This document shows positions 21,471 to 31,984 of a stretch of DNA of 64,000 nt, piece after piece. The stretch spans positions 160,001-224,000 of the forward strand of contig CAVZJV010000014.1 of the NCBI GenBank assembly GCA_963775685.1. The letters are read 5' to 3'. This DNA is from Candidatus Bathyarchaeota archaeon. GTDB taxonomy: Archaea; Thermoproteota; Bathyarchaeia; Bathyarchaeales; Bathycorpusculaceae. Below the pieces are notes generated by a model, which did no database searches, was not told where the DNA came from, and saw nothing but the letters and a program-made list of their open reading frames with translations. The position numbers were made by a program, and so were the translations under genes. Within the stretch, counting starts at the first letter, position 1, and every line of letters starts with the position of its first letter.

Positions 21471-21544
21471 CTCCTTTAAGTCGAAAGTAAATCGCGGTTA
21501 AAGGTGAGTAATGTAAATTATAAAACTGAGAAATCAAATGGGAT

Positions 21545-21740
21545 CAACTGTGCAATTTTAGGTACTTCCATCGAAATTGGTTACTGAAGAACTTCGGATA
21601 GTGAGGTGGCTGCGTGACCTACAACGGTGCTTTCCAGTTCAATGAAGTATGCCTAAATCGATTTATCGGTTACATAAAGAAGGATTAATATTGTCTATGT
21701 TGATTTTTTGGAGAGTTTCATCAATTTGTTGGTCATGGTT
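21545..21740 (-). pseudogene. cheC: CheC phosphatase remnant
   Basis: IELESTVVGHAATSLSEVLQ*PISMEVPKI, a degenerate form of CheC ELGNIGAGHAATSLS...I.VP. Confidence 0.6.
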
Positions 21741-21779
21741 TCCTTAATTTCTCCATTGAAGGGTTGGACAAGTGTTGTT

Positions 21780-22230
21780 CCTGAATTAACGTTACCTTGA
21801 ATGTTACTCTTTCCCCATAGTTTCCCCTACATCTTCGTCTATGAGCCTTATTTTGTGCTGAGTCAAAACAGCTCAAGTGCCTGAACGATTTAGGAGCCTA
21901 TGTCTATAAGCGTTGGCGAAACGCTTGTTGTGAGAAACATTTTGGTGTCGCCTGAGATTTTGGCTGAACGGCGAGTTTCCAAGCCAGTTATTTCTGTTAT
22001 TGCTTTTTTCAGGGCTGGAACTGCTGCGGGCGAATTTTGATGGAAGAGGTTTTTTTGGTCCATGGCTAGAGGTGTGGAAGCAATAATGTGAGCTAACACC
22101 CCCACATCTATGTATAGAATCATACACGCATATGCTAAGCATGATCCAAACATTTGTTGATAGCTCAAACAGGTTTGCTTTTCCACCTTCATTGCTGCCA
22201 TGTCCACTCGAACCACTTCCACTTGGGGAT
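21780..22230 (-). pseudogene. cheD: CheD deamidase remnant
   Basis: GSCLAYACMILY..VGVLAHI, AKISG..KMF, and in another frame IRLIDEDVGENYGERVTF. Confidence 0.7.
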
Positions 22231-22400
22231 ATGTGTGAGCATCTGATGTATGATAGGCTCTAACTGTTGGTAAGGAACTGCAGATTTCTCCATGCTCGGC
22301 ATGCTGTTTTGTATTCGTTGCCTACTTTTGGTTGGAGCAAATAGGTTTTCCTCAGTAGCAATTTGTGAGTACTTCAATTATTTTTAAGGTTGGAAAGGTT

Positions 22401-22718
22401 TTACCACGAAATCTTTGCACCCGATTTGATGACTTCAGCTATCAGTGCTTCCTGTCTCTTTGAACTGTGCATCACCCTCTTTGTAGCTAGGTTGGCTGTG
22501 ACGATTTGTTTTTGGTGCTTCGATGTCATCTTTACCTTTGGTCCAAGAGATATTTTATCTCCAATTAGGGCAAGGTCGGGTTGCGATTGGTGAAACTGTG
22601 CTATCGCGTCGTCGCCGTTTGTTGCTTTAGCAATTACTTCATGACCTGCTTGCAGCACGATTTTCTTGAATACTGCTCGCATGAACGAAGCGTTTTCAAC
22701 TATCATTATGGGGCCCAT
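22401..22718 (-). pseudogene. cheY: CheY response regulator remnant
   Basis: IMIVENASFMR...GHEVIAKATNGDDAI...QPDLALI; acidic pocket degenerate (EN for DD), C-terminus truncated. Confidence 0.7.
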
Positions 22719-23056
22719 TTTTTTTGTCTCTTGAAAGCTTGCGACATAATGTAAAAGCGTTCTGTAGACGCGTTAATGTACCACTGTGGAGTATAATAGC
22801 TAACTATTCGGTGTAAATGCGCGTTTTGATCGTTGATAGGGCGTTTTTGGAATTGTATGAGTAGCATTTGTTTGGCTTGTGGCTGATCATTATTTTGTGT
22901 ATGGAGTAATAATCAATAATACTTAATTAGCAAGTCCACGCACTCTAAAGCCTCAGAGGAGGCGCCAATACGAGCTACGGTCACCAGGGAATAAAAGAAA
23001 AAGAGGCAGCAAGTAGAATCCAAGAGGTATCCTCCCTAAAACAAGACAAATTCAAA

Positions 23057-23995
23057 GTGACAGTATCGCTTGACAAAGAACGCCCTATGTCTACCTCACC
23101 GTTATACAACAAATACAACATACAACGCTACGACCTTCACCCAAACTTCAGCTTCGCGCACCTGGACGAAATGATACCTAAAGGTACACCAGAATACCTT
23201 GATCATGGACTAAATTATGTGGAACGTATCGTACGTGCTCTTTTCTATTTTAAGCAATGCAGTTTGATTGGTCCTTCCGGCACCGGGAAAACTCACATAG
23301 TTTACCTTGTTGCTGAGTTGACTGGTTTGCCTATTTGGGAAGTTAACTGTGGTTTATCTACGTCTTCTTTTGACTTAATCGGTCGATTTATCGGTCTCGG
23401 CAAAGAGAACTGGGTCGACGGCTTGTTGACGCAGTGGTTAAGGAAGGGAGGCATTATGTATCTTGACGAAGCTAACATGATGAAGCAGGATGTGGCAACC
23501 CGGCTCAACCCAGTGCTAGACACACGAGGCCACTTAGTGCTTAACGAAAAAGACAGCGAAGTCATAGAGCGCCACAAATACGGCTACATGATAATCAGCA
23601 TGAACCCTGCTACCGCCGAGTTCTCAGGCACAAAACCACTTAACGCTGCTATGCGGCGTAGAATGGCTGTTTGGATTAACTTTGACTTCCTTAGCGTCGG
23701 CGAAACTATCTCTCCTCATGAAGTGGAGATGTTGCGTAAAAGAACCAAAGTTAGCCAGGACGTGGCCTACCAAATTATTCAAGCTGGTGCTGAGTTGAGG
23801 CGACAGTACAAAGCCGGCGATTTGCCGTATGGTCCATCGCTAGGTGATTTGATTAATTGGGCTACTTTGGTTTTTGATGGCAACACACCGATGGATGCTG
23901 CGGAAGAAACCATCATTGGTCTGACAAGCGACAACGTTGAAGTTCAATCAGATGTGCGTAGAATTCTTGAGGCAGTGTTTAATAAGCCGCAGTAA
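23057..23995 (+). CDS. MoxR-family AAA+ ATPase (CbbQ/NirQ/NorQ/GvpN-like)
   Basis: GPSGTGKT Walker A, WVDGLL, YLDEANM Walker B, SMNP, LNAAMRRRM. Confidence 0.88.
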   Translation: MTVSLDKERPMSTSPLYNKYNIQRYDLHPNFSFAHLDEMIPKGTPEYLDHGLNYVERIVRALFYFKQCSLIGPSGTGKTHIVYLVAELTGLPIWEVNCGLSTSSFDLIGRFIGLGKENWVDGLLTQWLRKGGIMYLDEANMMKQDVATRLNPVLDTRGHLVLNEKDSEVIERHKYGYMIISMNPATAEFSGTKPLNAAMRRRMAVWINFDFLSVGETISPHEVEMLRKRTKVSQDVAYQIIQAGAELRRQYKAGDLPYGPSLGDLINWATLVFDGNTPMDAAEETIIGLTSDNVEVQSDVRRILEAVFNKPQ

Positions 23996-24009
23996 CAGGA
24001 GCGGTTGCT

Positions 24010-25728
24010 TTGGGATTTATTGATTATGCTTGGATTGCTTCTCTGCAAAAAGACAACACTAAAGTTAAGATTCTACAAGACGAAACTTTAGAACAGCCTA
24101 TTTTGCTTGCCGATAACATTGGTTTTACCATCAAGCTTCCGATGGTTCAAATGTTAGACGAGGGGAAGAAGATACGGTATCTGGGACTCATGTTTACGGG
24201 TGATAGTGCGGGTAAGTCTAAGCTTGGACGAGTCTTTCGAGCATCAGTTATGCATCTAACTACGCATACTTTAGCGCCGTTTAGCAAAGACCGAATTGTT
24301 CCCAATCCCAACAATTCTATCGTGGAAACATATGCAAGATCATTAGTCAATGACGTGTACATCAACGCCTACATTCAAGCTTGGTATCCAGACAGGTTCT
24401 TTGACATATCTTACGCAAACTCGTTGGCATATCAAAAAATTAAGGCATCCGAGAGAATTTTTACACCTTCTACTAAACTTATGGCCGGTCTGCTTACCCA
24501 GCTAAACAATGGTGCAATTAAGGGTTCGCCTGGTGTAGATGAAGAGATGACCTTGAATCAGATCCACACTGATTTGTTAGCGCTTAAAGAACAATTTTTG
24601 ATGTCCATAGCCGGAGACGAAATGAAGCCAGATGAAGTTTTCGATGTAAAAGTGAAGGCGATAATTAGTTTGCTTGAGCCGTTTGGACCATTTTTGGAAG
24701 CACCATCGTTTAAACACACGGAAAATACAGGTCGATGTAGCATCTACAGTGATTTTGACACGTCGCAGGAGGATTTTGAGGGCTTGTTTGTTCAGTCGCT
24801 TATGGCTCTATGGGGGGACGTACCTTCTGTGGATCATATAGAGCAACTGTGGCGTCCTGAGCAAGAGGCAGAAGCTCTTCAAGCGTTCAATTCGGAGCAC
24901 TACCAAAAGCAAAGGGAAGAAAAGATTCTTGCTAAAATGCAACCGTATCTTGGATTTACCCGTTTTAAATCTGTTTCTTTTCCCGAAGAAGACTACACGC
25001 AGTATCTTCGGGCAAGGAGTTTGGTTCAAGGAGCAAGTCGGCGTCTTTTGGATATATTACGTTCTGCCTATAACTATCTTGATGAGGATCCACGCCAAGA
25101 GATGGGACAACTTGATTTGGCGGCAGTTATTCAGTCGTTGGCAGCCAACAAGCCTGCGACAGATGTATTTAATTTGGATGAGTATTTGCAGCCCAGTTTT
25201 GCATGGTCTTTGATTTTTGATGTTAGTAACAGTATGCAGGTGAGAGGTGAATATGGGCGTGCTTTGGCTATCGCGGTGGCTGAAGCAGCCAAAGAACTGA
25301 TGATGGATGCTACTTCTTGGTCTTTTTTTGCTTTCAGTGATAAACTCTATATCCTCAAAGACAGCTCAGAATCTTACTCTAAACGTGTAAAATCAAGAAT
25401 CGGCGGACTGCGGTTCAAAGGGCTCACCTACATTCCAGACGCGATAACGATTGGTGGAAAAATGTTGGCAAAACGATTTGAGGAGCAGCGGGTTTTGATT
25501 GTTATTTCTGATGGTTGGCCTTATGGTTACCCAAACATGCCAATAGCGTTAAAAGAATGTGTTGATGATTTGATCCGAAAAAACGTAATAGTAATTGGGA
25601 TTGGCGTGGAAACAAGCAGGATGGGCAATTTCTTTAATCTGCACAGCTCAATTTACACCCAAAAAGACCTCATTAACAAATTCGGCTCTGTATATTCTAA
25701 TGCTTCGGCAAAAGCGCTTGAGACTTAG
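24010..25728 (+). CDS. VWA-domain protein (CbbO/NorD-like partner)
   Basis: C-terminal MIDAS DVSNSM...GLTY...VISDGWP; GQLDL motif; 14 nt downstream of the AAA+ gene. Confidence 0.8.
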   Translation: MGFIDYAWIASLQKDNTKVKILQDETLEQPILLADNIGFTIKLPMVQMLDEGKKIRYLGLMFTGDSAGKSKLGRVFRASVMHLTTHTLAPFSKDRIVPNPNNSIVETYARSLVNDVYINAYIQAWYPDRFFDISYANSLAYQKIKASERIFTPSTKLMAGLLTQLNNGAIKGSPGVDEEMTLNQIHTDLLALKEQFLMSIAGDEMKPDEVFDVKVKAIISLLEPFGPFLEAPSFKHTENTGRCSIYSDFDTSQEDFEGLFVQSLMALWGDVPSVDHIEQLWRPEQEAEALQAFNSEHYQKQREEKILAKMQPYLGFTRFKSVSFPEEDYTQYLRARSLVQGASRRLLDILRSAYNYLDEDPRQEMGQLDLAAVIQSLAANKPATDVFNLDEYLQPSFAWSLIFDVSNSMQVRGEYGRALAIAVAEAAKELMMDATSWSFFAFSDKLYILKDSSESYSKRVKSRIGGLRFKGLTYIPDAITIGGKMLAKRFEEQRVLIVISDGWPYGYPNMPIALKECVDDLIRKNVIVIGIGVETSRMGNFFNLHSSIYTQKDLINKFGSVYSNASAKALET

Positions 25729-26060
25729 AATTAGGATAATTGCATTATTTTTATATAGTGGCTCAATGGGAGCCTGCGGTATCTTGGGTGGGTGAGGTGA
25801 ACCACAAAAAACAATGGTGGAGAAAGAATTTTGCCTAAAGTTACCTGAGCTGGCATACCCGAATGCACTCTATCACCATAGTATCTCCAAATTAGCTTTA
25901 TTTTTGCAACAATCGCCGTTCTCGAGATTCTAATTATTGAATAGTCAATAATTATTACTGCGATGACCCTAAAATGAGCCCACTTTAGAGAAATCACATA
26001 AACCTTTCAGCAAAAAGGCTTTAAACATAATTTTTGACTTTGATTCACCATAATAATTAA

Positions 26061-26202
26061 TTGTGGGTTAAAAGAACAACATCACTTGGAATTGCATAAT
26101 GGAAGCTCGTTTTGGGGTGCTTTTTTGTTTTGGGGGGTTTTGGTGTTTACAGGTTGCCTCTGGATAAGTCATATAACGTCCTATAACGTCACAAAAAGGC
26201 AA
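26061..26202. repeat. dispersed non-coding repeat, short (internally deleted) copy
   Basis: Matches both ends of 11346-11678. Confidence 0.7.
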
Positions 26203-26342
26203 ATTGTTTTAGTTTCTTTCAACAGAGCGAGAGACAAGGAGTGTCTCTCTATTAGTGCTGACCCCTTTCCATAATATAGGAAAAATATGGGTTTGAGGAA
26301 ACTTTATTGCCCTCGCTTGCTAACAAATATTGGAGACGAAAT

Positions 26343-26582
26343 ATGTTTTGTCCTTCTTGTGGTAAACAAAATAAGGATGGCACTTTATTTTGCGAATATT
26401 GTGGAAAATCCATGCAGAAAAACGCTCGCACTCCTCCCGCAACTCAAAGTTCCAAAAAAGCCCCAAACGCCGGTTTGTCATACAACGCCAAAAGGGGTAT
26501 ACTTACGGGAATTTTCATAATTGGGTTAGTCATAGTTGTTCTACTGATTTATTACCCAAACTTATTTCCATGGAACTGGTAA
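26343..26582 (+). CDS. zinc-ribbon membrane protein
   Basis: MFCPSCGKQNKDGTLFCEYCG plus C-terminal TM helix; GGAG RBS. Confidence 0.8.
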   Translation: MFCPSCGKQNKDGTLFCEYCGKSMQKNARTPPATQSSKKAPNAGLSYNAKRGILTGIFIIGLVIVVLLIYYPNLFPWNW

Positions 26583-26778
26583 ATCCCAAATTTTAGACCC
26601 TGATATTTCCAGCATTCGTGTATTTGAATTAATAATGTACTAAACGTTCTAAAGCTCGCCTTTAATCGGAGGACTTATGTTTTTTAACCCTTATGCAAAA
26701 TTTTGGCATGTAGGCCTTCTTCCGGTATGGTAATGTTTTAATTGTTAGTGGCTTCTAACCAGTAAACAGGTCTCCAAA

Positions 26779-28554
26779 TTGAGTAATGAAGCTAAATGTT
26801 CCAAACCACAGTGCGATAAGTTTGTTGCCATTAATGAGTTAGCTAAGCGTAGAGGTTTTTTTTGGTCGTCGTTTGAGATTTATGGTGGAAGTGGCGGCTT
26901 TGTCACTTATGGTCCCTTGGGCACACGGCTAAAGCAAAATGTTGAAGCTAAGCTCAGGGAGCTTTTTGTTAAGAAGATTGGGATTTACGAGATGGAATCC
27001 TCGGTTATTGCGCCGGGAAAAGTTTTTGAGGCTTCAGGTCACGTTGACCACTTCAAGGAGCCGATGGTTGAGTGCCAAAACTGCCACCAACGCTTCCGAG
27101 CTGACCATTTGCTCGAGGAAAAAGGCATAAGTTCCGCTGAAGCAGAGAAAATGACGTTTGAAGAGGTGGCACAAGAGCTTGAGCGGCATGGGGTTGTTTG
27201 TCCTGACTGCGGTGGTAAATTCGGCGAGCCACAACGATATTTAACCATGTTCCAAACCACTATAGGACCATACTCTGGTTCCGTTGGTTATGGTAGACCC
27301 GAAGCTGCACAGAACATCTTTGTTGAATTTAACAGGTTATTCACTACTGCAAGGGAACGATTACCCTTTGGTGCTATTCAAATAGGGCATGCGTTACGTA
27401 ACGAGATTTCGCCGCGCCAAGGATTAATCCGTTTACGTGAGTTCACAATTGCTGATTTAGAGTTCTTCTTTGACCCAGAAGAGCCATGTTGCGATAAGCT
27501 AGCTGAAGTAGAAAACGATGTTTTGCCTATTCTTTTATGCGAGACAAGGCTCAAAGAGTGCCAAGAAACTACTGACTTAACCGTCCGCCAAGCCTTAGAC
27601 CAAAAAGTAATCCGTTCCGAGTGGCAAGCGTTCTTCATGGCAATGGCAAAACGCCTACTCACAGAACTGGGTGTACCTGCAAGCAAACAACGTTTCATTG
27701 AAAAACTCACTTGGGAAAAAGCTCACTACAGTACTCAAAGTTTTGACCAAGAGGTGCTTGTTGACCGTTGGGGGTGGGTAGAGGTTTCTGGGCACGCTTA
27801 CCGCACTGACTTCGATTTGTCTTGTCACATGAAAGCCAGCGGTGTAGATATGACAGTTTACAAAGAATACGCTTTTCCTGTGGAGAAGGAGGAGCTTATA
27901 ATAAAGCCGATTATGGCTAAGATCGGGCCAGTCTACAAGGGAGATGCGGGAAAAGTCGCTACGGCACTTGCCATGGTTCCTGCTCAAGAAGTTGCAGATG
28001 AAATGGCGAAGAAAGGCAGTTATATGGCGGGCAATTATCAGGTTTTTCCTGAACAGGTGGATATTAGCCGCCAGAAAACCATTGTTCGTGGAACACGATT
28101 CGTGCCACACGTTGTGGAACCTAGCTTTGGCTCAGACAGATTGTTCTATGTAGCTTTAGAATACGCGTACAACTTGAAGGATGACCGCGTTGTTCTTAGT
28201 TTCCCACGAAGCATTGCACCCATCCAAGTTGGCGTGTATCCGTTGATGGGCAAAGATGGCTTAGACACTAAAGCCAAAGAAGTGCAGAAGATATTGACAT
28301 GTGATGGCTTTATGACTGAATATGATGAGACAGGCTCAATTGGCAGACGGTATGCAAGAGCTGACGAAGCAGGTGTCCAACTTGGCATAACCATCGACTA
28401 CGACACCTTAAACGACGATACAGTCACTATCCGCGACCGAGATAGTTGGCAGCAAATCCGAATCACAATCAAGGATTTACCTGAGCAATTGCATATATAC
28501 TTCGAAGGAAAACTAAACTTTGAACAATTGGGCAGCATTATCAAGGTTAAGTAG
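26779..28554 (+). CDS. glyS: glycine--tRNA ligase (alpha2, archaeal/eukaryotic type)
   Basis: RRGFFW, ASGHVDHF, RPEAAQ, RNEISPRQGLIRLREF, EPSFGSDR, GSIGRRYARADE. Confidence 0.97.
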   Translation: MSNEAKCSKPQCDKFVAINELAKRRGFFWSSFEIYGGSGGFVTYGPLGTRLKQNVEAKLRELFVKKIGIYEMESSVIAPGKVFEASGHVDHFKEPMVECQNCHQRFRADHLLEEKGISSAEAEKMTFEEVAQELERHGVVCPDCGGKFGEPQRYLTMFQTTIGPYSGSVGYGRPEAAQNIFVEFNRLFTTARERLPFGAIQIGHALRNEISPRQGLIRLREFTIADLEFFFDPEEPCCDKLAEVENDVLPILLCETRLKECQETTDLTVRQALDQKVIRSEWQAFFMAMAKRLLTELGVPASKQRFIEKLTWEKAHYSTQSFDQEVLVDRWGWVEVSGHAYRTDFDLSCHMKASGVDMTVYKEYAFPVEKEELIIKPIMAKIGPVYKGDAGKVATALAMVPAQEVADEMAKKGSYMAGNYQVFPEQVDISRQKTIVRGTRFVPHVVEPSFGSDRLFYVALEYAYNLKDDRVVLSFPRSIAPIQVGVYPLMGKDGLDTKAKEVQKILTCDGFMTEYDETGSIGRRYARADEAGVQLGITIDYDTLNDDTVTIRDRDSWQQIRITIKDLPEQLHIYFEGKLNFEQLGSIIKVK

Positions 28555-28610
28555 CTAGCTTTTTTAATGTACATACAAATAGTAACATTATAAATCAGCG
28601 AAGGGTATGG

Positions 28611-29282
28611 ATGGGGAAAGGTTTGGTACTTCCAGCAGAAACTGAAGAGCGCGTGAAGCGTCGAGCGTTAAATGCTTGTCAAGATAACTTACGTAAGGTT
28701 GTTGATGTTTCAAGAAAAATCCCGCAGCTTGTCGATTTTTTTGCGAGCGGAGACAAAGAAAACGCCCGAAAACTGTTTAGCGAAATCAAGACCGGCGAGG
28801 AGGAAGTTATCAAGGCAAGACGTATGGTGTCTCAGGAACTTGCAGAGATCGGTGCTATCTTGATAGCCCGAGAGGACTTCCTTAGGTTTACTAACTTGTC
28901 TAGTGAAATAGCTGACTTTTCTGAAGGAATCGCTTACTACCTTGTCGAAATTATGGAGCATAACTGGATCATATCCCCTGAAGTCAAAAAAGACCTTCTG
29001 AAACTCTCCCTTGCAGTGCTTGACTCAGTACTTAAACTCCGCGAAACCATGATGGTGCTAAACTATGGTCCCCAAAAAACTCTCGAACGTGCTAAGGATG
29101 TCGAAATTGCTGAGCGCATTGTTGACGACCTGTACCGTGCATTGACAATAAAAGTGTTAAATAGCAAATTCGAGGTACCAGTGCTTTTGCTCCTAAGAGA
29201 TGTTCTGCAGCTTTTGGAGAACTCCGCTGATAAAGCCGAAGATGCAGCTGACGCCGCACGAACCATCTCATTCATCATGTAG
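28611..29282 (+). CDS. DUF47/PhoU-like phosphate transport regulator
   Basis: REDFLRF, ERIVDDLYR, LENSADKAEDAAD helical repeats. Confidence 0.8.
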   Translation: MGKGLVLPAETEERVKRRALNACQDNLRKVVDVSRKIPQLVDFFASGDKENARKLFSEIKTGEEEVIKARRMVSQELAEIGAILIAREDFLRFTNLSSEIADFSEGIAYYLVEIMEHNWIISPEVKKDLLKLSLAVLDSVLKLRETMMVLNYGPQKTLERAKDVEIAERIVDDLYRALTIKVLNSKFEVPVLLLLRDVLQLLENSADKAEDAADAARTISFIM

Positions 29283-29295
29283 CCAGAGCGAGACG

Positions 29296-29850
29296 ATGCT
29301 GAAAACAAAGGTTGAACTCATCGAAAACTTTCTTGTTGTTTGGGACTCCACGGAAGGTTCCCAACTATACAAAACCGCCTACTATGGCAAACCCATCGGC
29401 ATCCCCAAGCCAAAGGTTCCCGAGTTTGATGTCCCACTTATTTTGGATTTGATGGAGGGCCTCTATCTTGTCGAGGATGAAAAAATTGAGGTCTACGAAA
29501 ACCCAGGTGACACCAAGGTTAGTCTTCGAAAGTTGCGTCAGAAAGCTAAGCAGCTATACGATGGATTTGAGGAAAAGTATGCTGTTTATCATGACCTGCG
29601 CGACAGCGGATTAATTGTTACGCCGGGAATCAAGTTCGGATGCGACTTTGCCGTCTACAAGTACGGTCCAGGCGTAGAACATGCACCCTACATGGTAACT
29701 GTTAAAAGAGCCGGCTCAGACATATCCGCCACCGAAATCGTCAAAAATGGCAGGTTAGCCACTACTGTGCGTAAACGTTTCATAATTGCCGTGCCCGACT
29801 TGGCTTCAAAAGATATAAAGTACTTGATTTTCAAATGGTTTAAAGCTTAG
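29296..29850 (+). CDS. endA: tRNA-intron endonuclease
   Basis: VYHDLRDSG..VTPGIKFGCDFAVY..GPG..HAPY..RLATTVRK with the Y/H/K catalytic triad. Confidence 0.9.
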   Translation: MLKTKVELIENFLVVWDSTEGSQLYKTAYYGKPIGIPKPKVPEFDVPLILDLMEGLYLVEDEKIEVYENPGDTKVSLRKLRQKAKQLYDGFEEKYAVYHDLRDSGLIVTPGIKFGCDFAVYKYGPGVEHAPYMVTVKRAGSDISATEIVKNGRLATTVRKRFIIAVPDLASKDIKYLIFKWFKA

Positions 29851-30413
29851 TTGACAGATATTCGTGATTTATAATTCTTTTATCTAGTCTAACGGTTACT
29901 TGATAGGGGTGGTAAGATTGGATGAATTAATCAACGCTTATAGAGGTTGGCGCGCTTTACCACGATTTTCTGTTTTCACATCAACGCGCCCAAAAACTCT
30001 ACAATGGACCAAGAGGAAACAACTTTCTTTTATAGTAAACCCTAAACTTTTTGACGTGATCATGGGACAATCAAGCCTTGACATTGAAAGCAGCCAAACC
30101 TTCGAAGAAGCAAATTGCTAAATTCTCCTTATTCCTCAGAAATGGCAAAATAATCAAGAGCCTTACCATAGGAGAGTTTGGCCAAGATCAACATAACCTC
30201 AGAGTCGAAGGCTGTTTTTTTGCTGGAAAATTCCAAAGTATAGTGAACACAAAAGACGTAACTTGCCCTGCACAGTTATCGCTATGTCGCTATTTAATAA
30301 ATTCAAAGGCAGAGCTGCAAAAGAAGCTGAGTCGATGTATTTTGCAGATGGGACTCAACCAATTTTAGAGCAGCAGACTTTTGACGTGTCTTTTTTGTTT
30401 TTACCGAATTTGG

Positions 30414-31721
30414 CTAGTTTGCAATTATAGTTTGGTTTTGGAATTCTCCGCGGATTATTTGGTGTGGGTAAATTTTTGTTGCAGCCAATGAGCAGCCTTC
30501 CTCGAGTATAACGTCATCAGCGATTACGCTGACTGCGGTGATTTTTGTGGGTTTATGGCAGCTTGAGTTAACCACAACGTGCCTGCCAATAATGCTGTCG
30601 TAGATTTCGCCGTTTTCGCCGACTATAACACGGTCCATGACAGCTGAGTTAGCTACAACTGCGTTCTTGCCTATCCGTGTGAAGTCGTCGATGCATGAAT
30701 TAACTATTCTTGCTCCATCTTCAATTTGGCAATGCCGCCCAATCAACACGGTACCTTCAATTTGAATTTTCTTTTGCTTAATTTTTTGTATAATTTCTTG
30801 TCGGCGTTTCTCCGAATCTGCGCTTTCACCCTGTACCCAAATGGGCGTTTCTTTGTTTAATCTGCCGCCAAAGTCGTTAAGAGTTGAAAATCCTCCACCA
30901 AGCAAATTCTTCATTGCTTCCAAGTAGCTCTTTGGGGTGCCTACATCAAACCAGCTTCCCTTGAGTGTGTAACCATAAACTGGACTCCCAGTTGAAATTA
31001 CATAGGGAATGAAGTCGTAGCCGAAGTCTAAGCGATTCTTTTCCTTGATGATTTGCTGAATGCCTTTTTCCTTGAAAATCTTGCGTACTTCAGGTGATAA
31101 TACATACAGGCCGGTGTTGGCAAGGTTGCTTGGGGCATCTTTGGGCTCAGGTTTTTCGACGAATCGTTGTATGCGGCCATCCTTGTCAATGTCTGCTATG
31201 CCTAAGCCCTCTACGTTCTCGACTTCTCGAAGCACGATGGTTAGGCAGGCGCCTTTTTCCTTGTGGAAATCAATCAGGTTCTTGACTTTTATATCAAAAA
31301 TGTTGTCGCCTTGCACTGCAAAGATTGGGTTGTTTAGTTCGTAGTATTCAATATTTATGCGAGCGGAGTCGGCACTGCCTAAATCAGGAAAGTTTGGTTG
31401 ATACTTGATGTGAATGCGGGGTTTGATGTTATACCGGGCCGAGAATCCAACTCCAGATTCGAAATAGTCGTAGAGGTCCCGGTAGTTGGTGTAGCCTTTG
31501 ACGCCGAAAATAAAGTTTCGTATTCCCTGGCTTGCCAGCGATAGAAGAGAGAATTCGACCAGTGGCCTGTTTAGCAAGCGCAGGCAGGCTTTGCTGGTTT
31601 CCGCTGTCAAGGGCAGAAGCCGCGTAGCTTTACCGCCGACGGGTATGATTACTCTGATTTTTTCAGGCGCATAGGTGTCTCCAACTAGGGGTGCGTATTT
31701 GTCGCTCAAATGCTTCATCAA
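30414..31721 (-). CDS. NDP-sugar pyrophosphorylase (mannose-1-P guanylyltransferase / GlgC-like)
   Basis: VGGKATRLLPLT, QGDN, FVEKP, DFGYDFIP, WFDVGT, C-terminal left-handed beta-helix. Confidence 0.88.
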   Translation of the reverse strand: MMKHLSDKYAPLVGDTYAPEKIRVIIPVGGKATRLLPLTAETSKACLRLLNRPLVEFSLLSLASQGIRNFIFGVKGYTNYRDLYDYFESGVGFSARYNIKPRIHIKYQPNFPDLGSADSARINIEYYELNNPIFAVQGDNIFDIKVKNLIDFHKEKGACLTIVLREVENVEGLGIADIDKDGRIQRFVEKPEPKDAPSNLANTGLYVLSPEVRKIFKEKGIQQIIKEKNRLDFGYDFIPYVISTGSPVYGYTLKGSWFDVGTPKSYLEAMKNLLGGGFSTLNDFGGRLNKETPIWVQGESADSEKRRQEIIQKIKQKKIQIEGTVLIGRHCQIEDGARIVNSCIDDFTRIGKNAVVANSAVMDRVIVGENGEIYDSIIGRHVVVNSSCHKPTKITAVSVIADDVILEEGCSLAATKIYPHQIIRGEFQNQTIIAN

Positions 31722-31984
31722 CAGCTTGTGCTACCTTGATAGGTTGTATGCATCCTTTTAAACTATTTCCAAAAGTTTGACTGAGTCAAAAAATTTATCC
31801 TTTTCGGTTGTATGATGTTTTCAATAAATCTATGTTCGGCCTTCATTGAGAAACTGATTAAGGCTAGGTGTTTTTGGTAACGATCAGATAGTCGATAGAT
31901 TTATAAGAAAACTATGTCTTAAGATTTCAGCGGATTTTAAAAAATTTATCCGCAAATCTTAAAAATAGGAGAGAAAAAAACAAA

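Noticed and set aside
25731-25997. 88-aa minus-strand ORF after the VWA gene
   Set aside because: No RBS or motif support
29900-30368. ORFs 29900-30121 and 30078-30368 and an imperfect hairpin at ~29941-30001
   Set aside because: No recognisable motifs and weak pairing; possibly decayed sequence but unsupported
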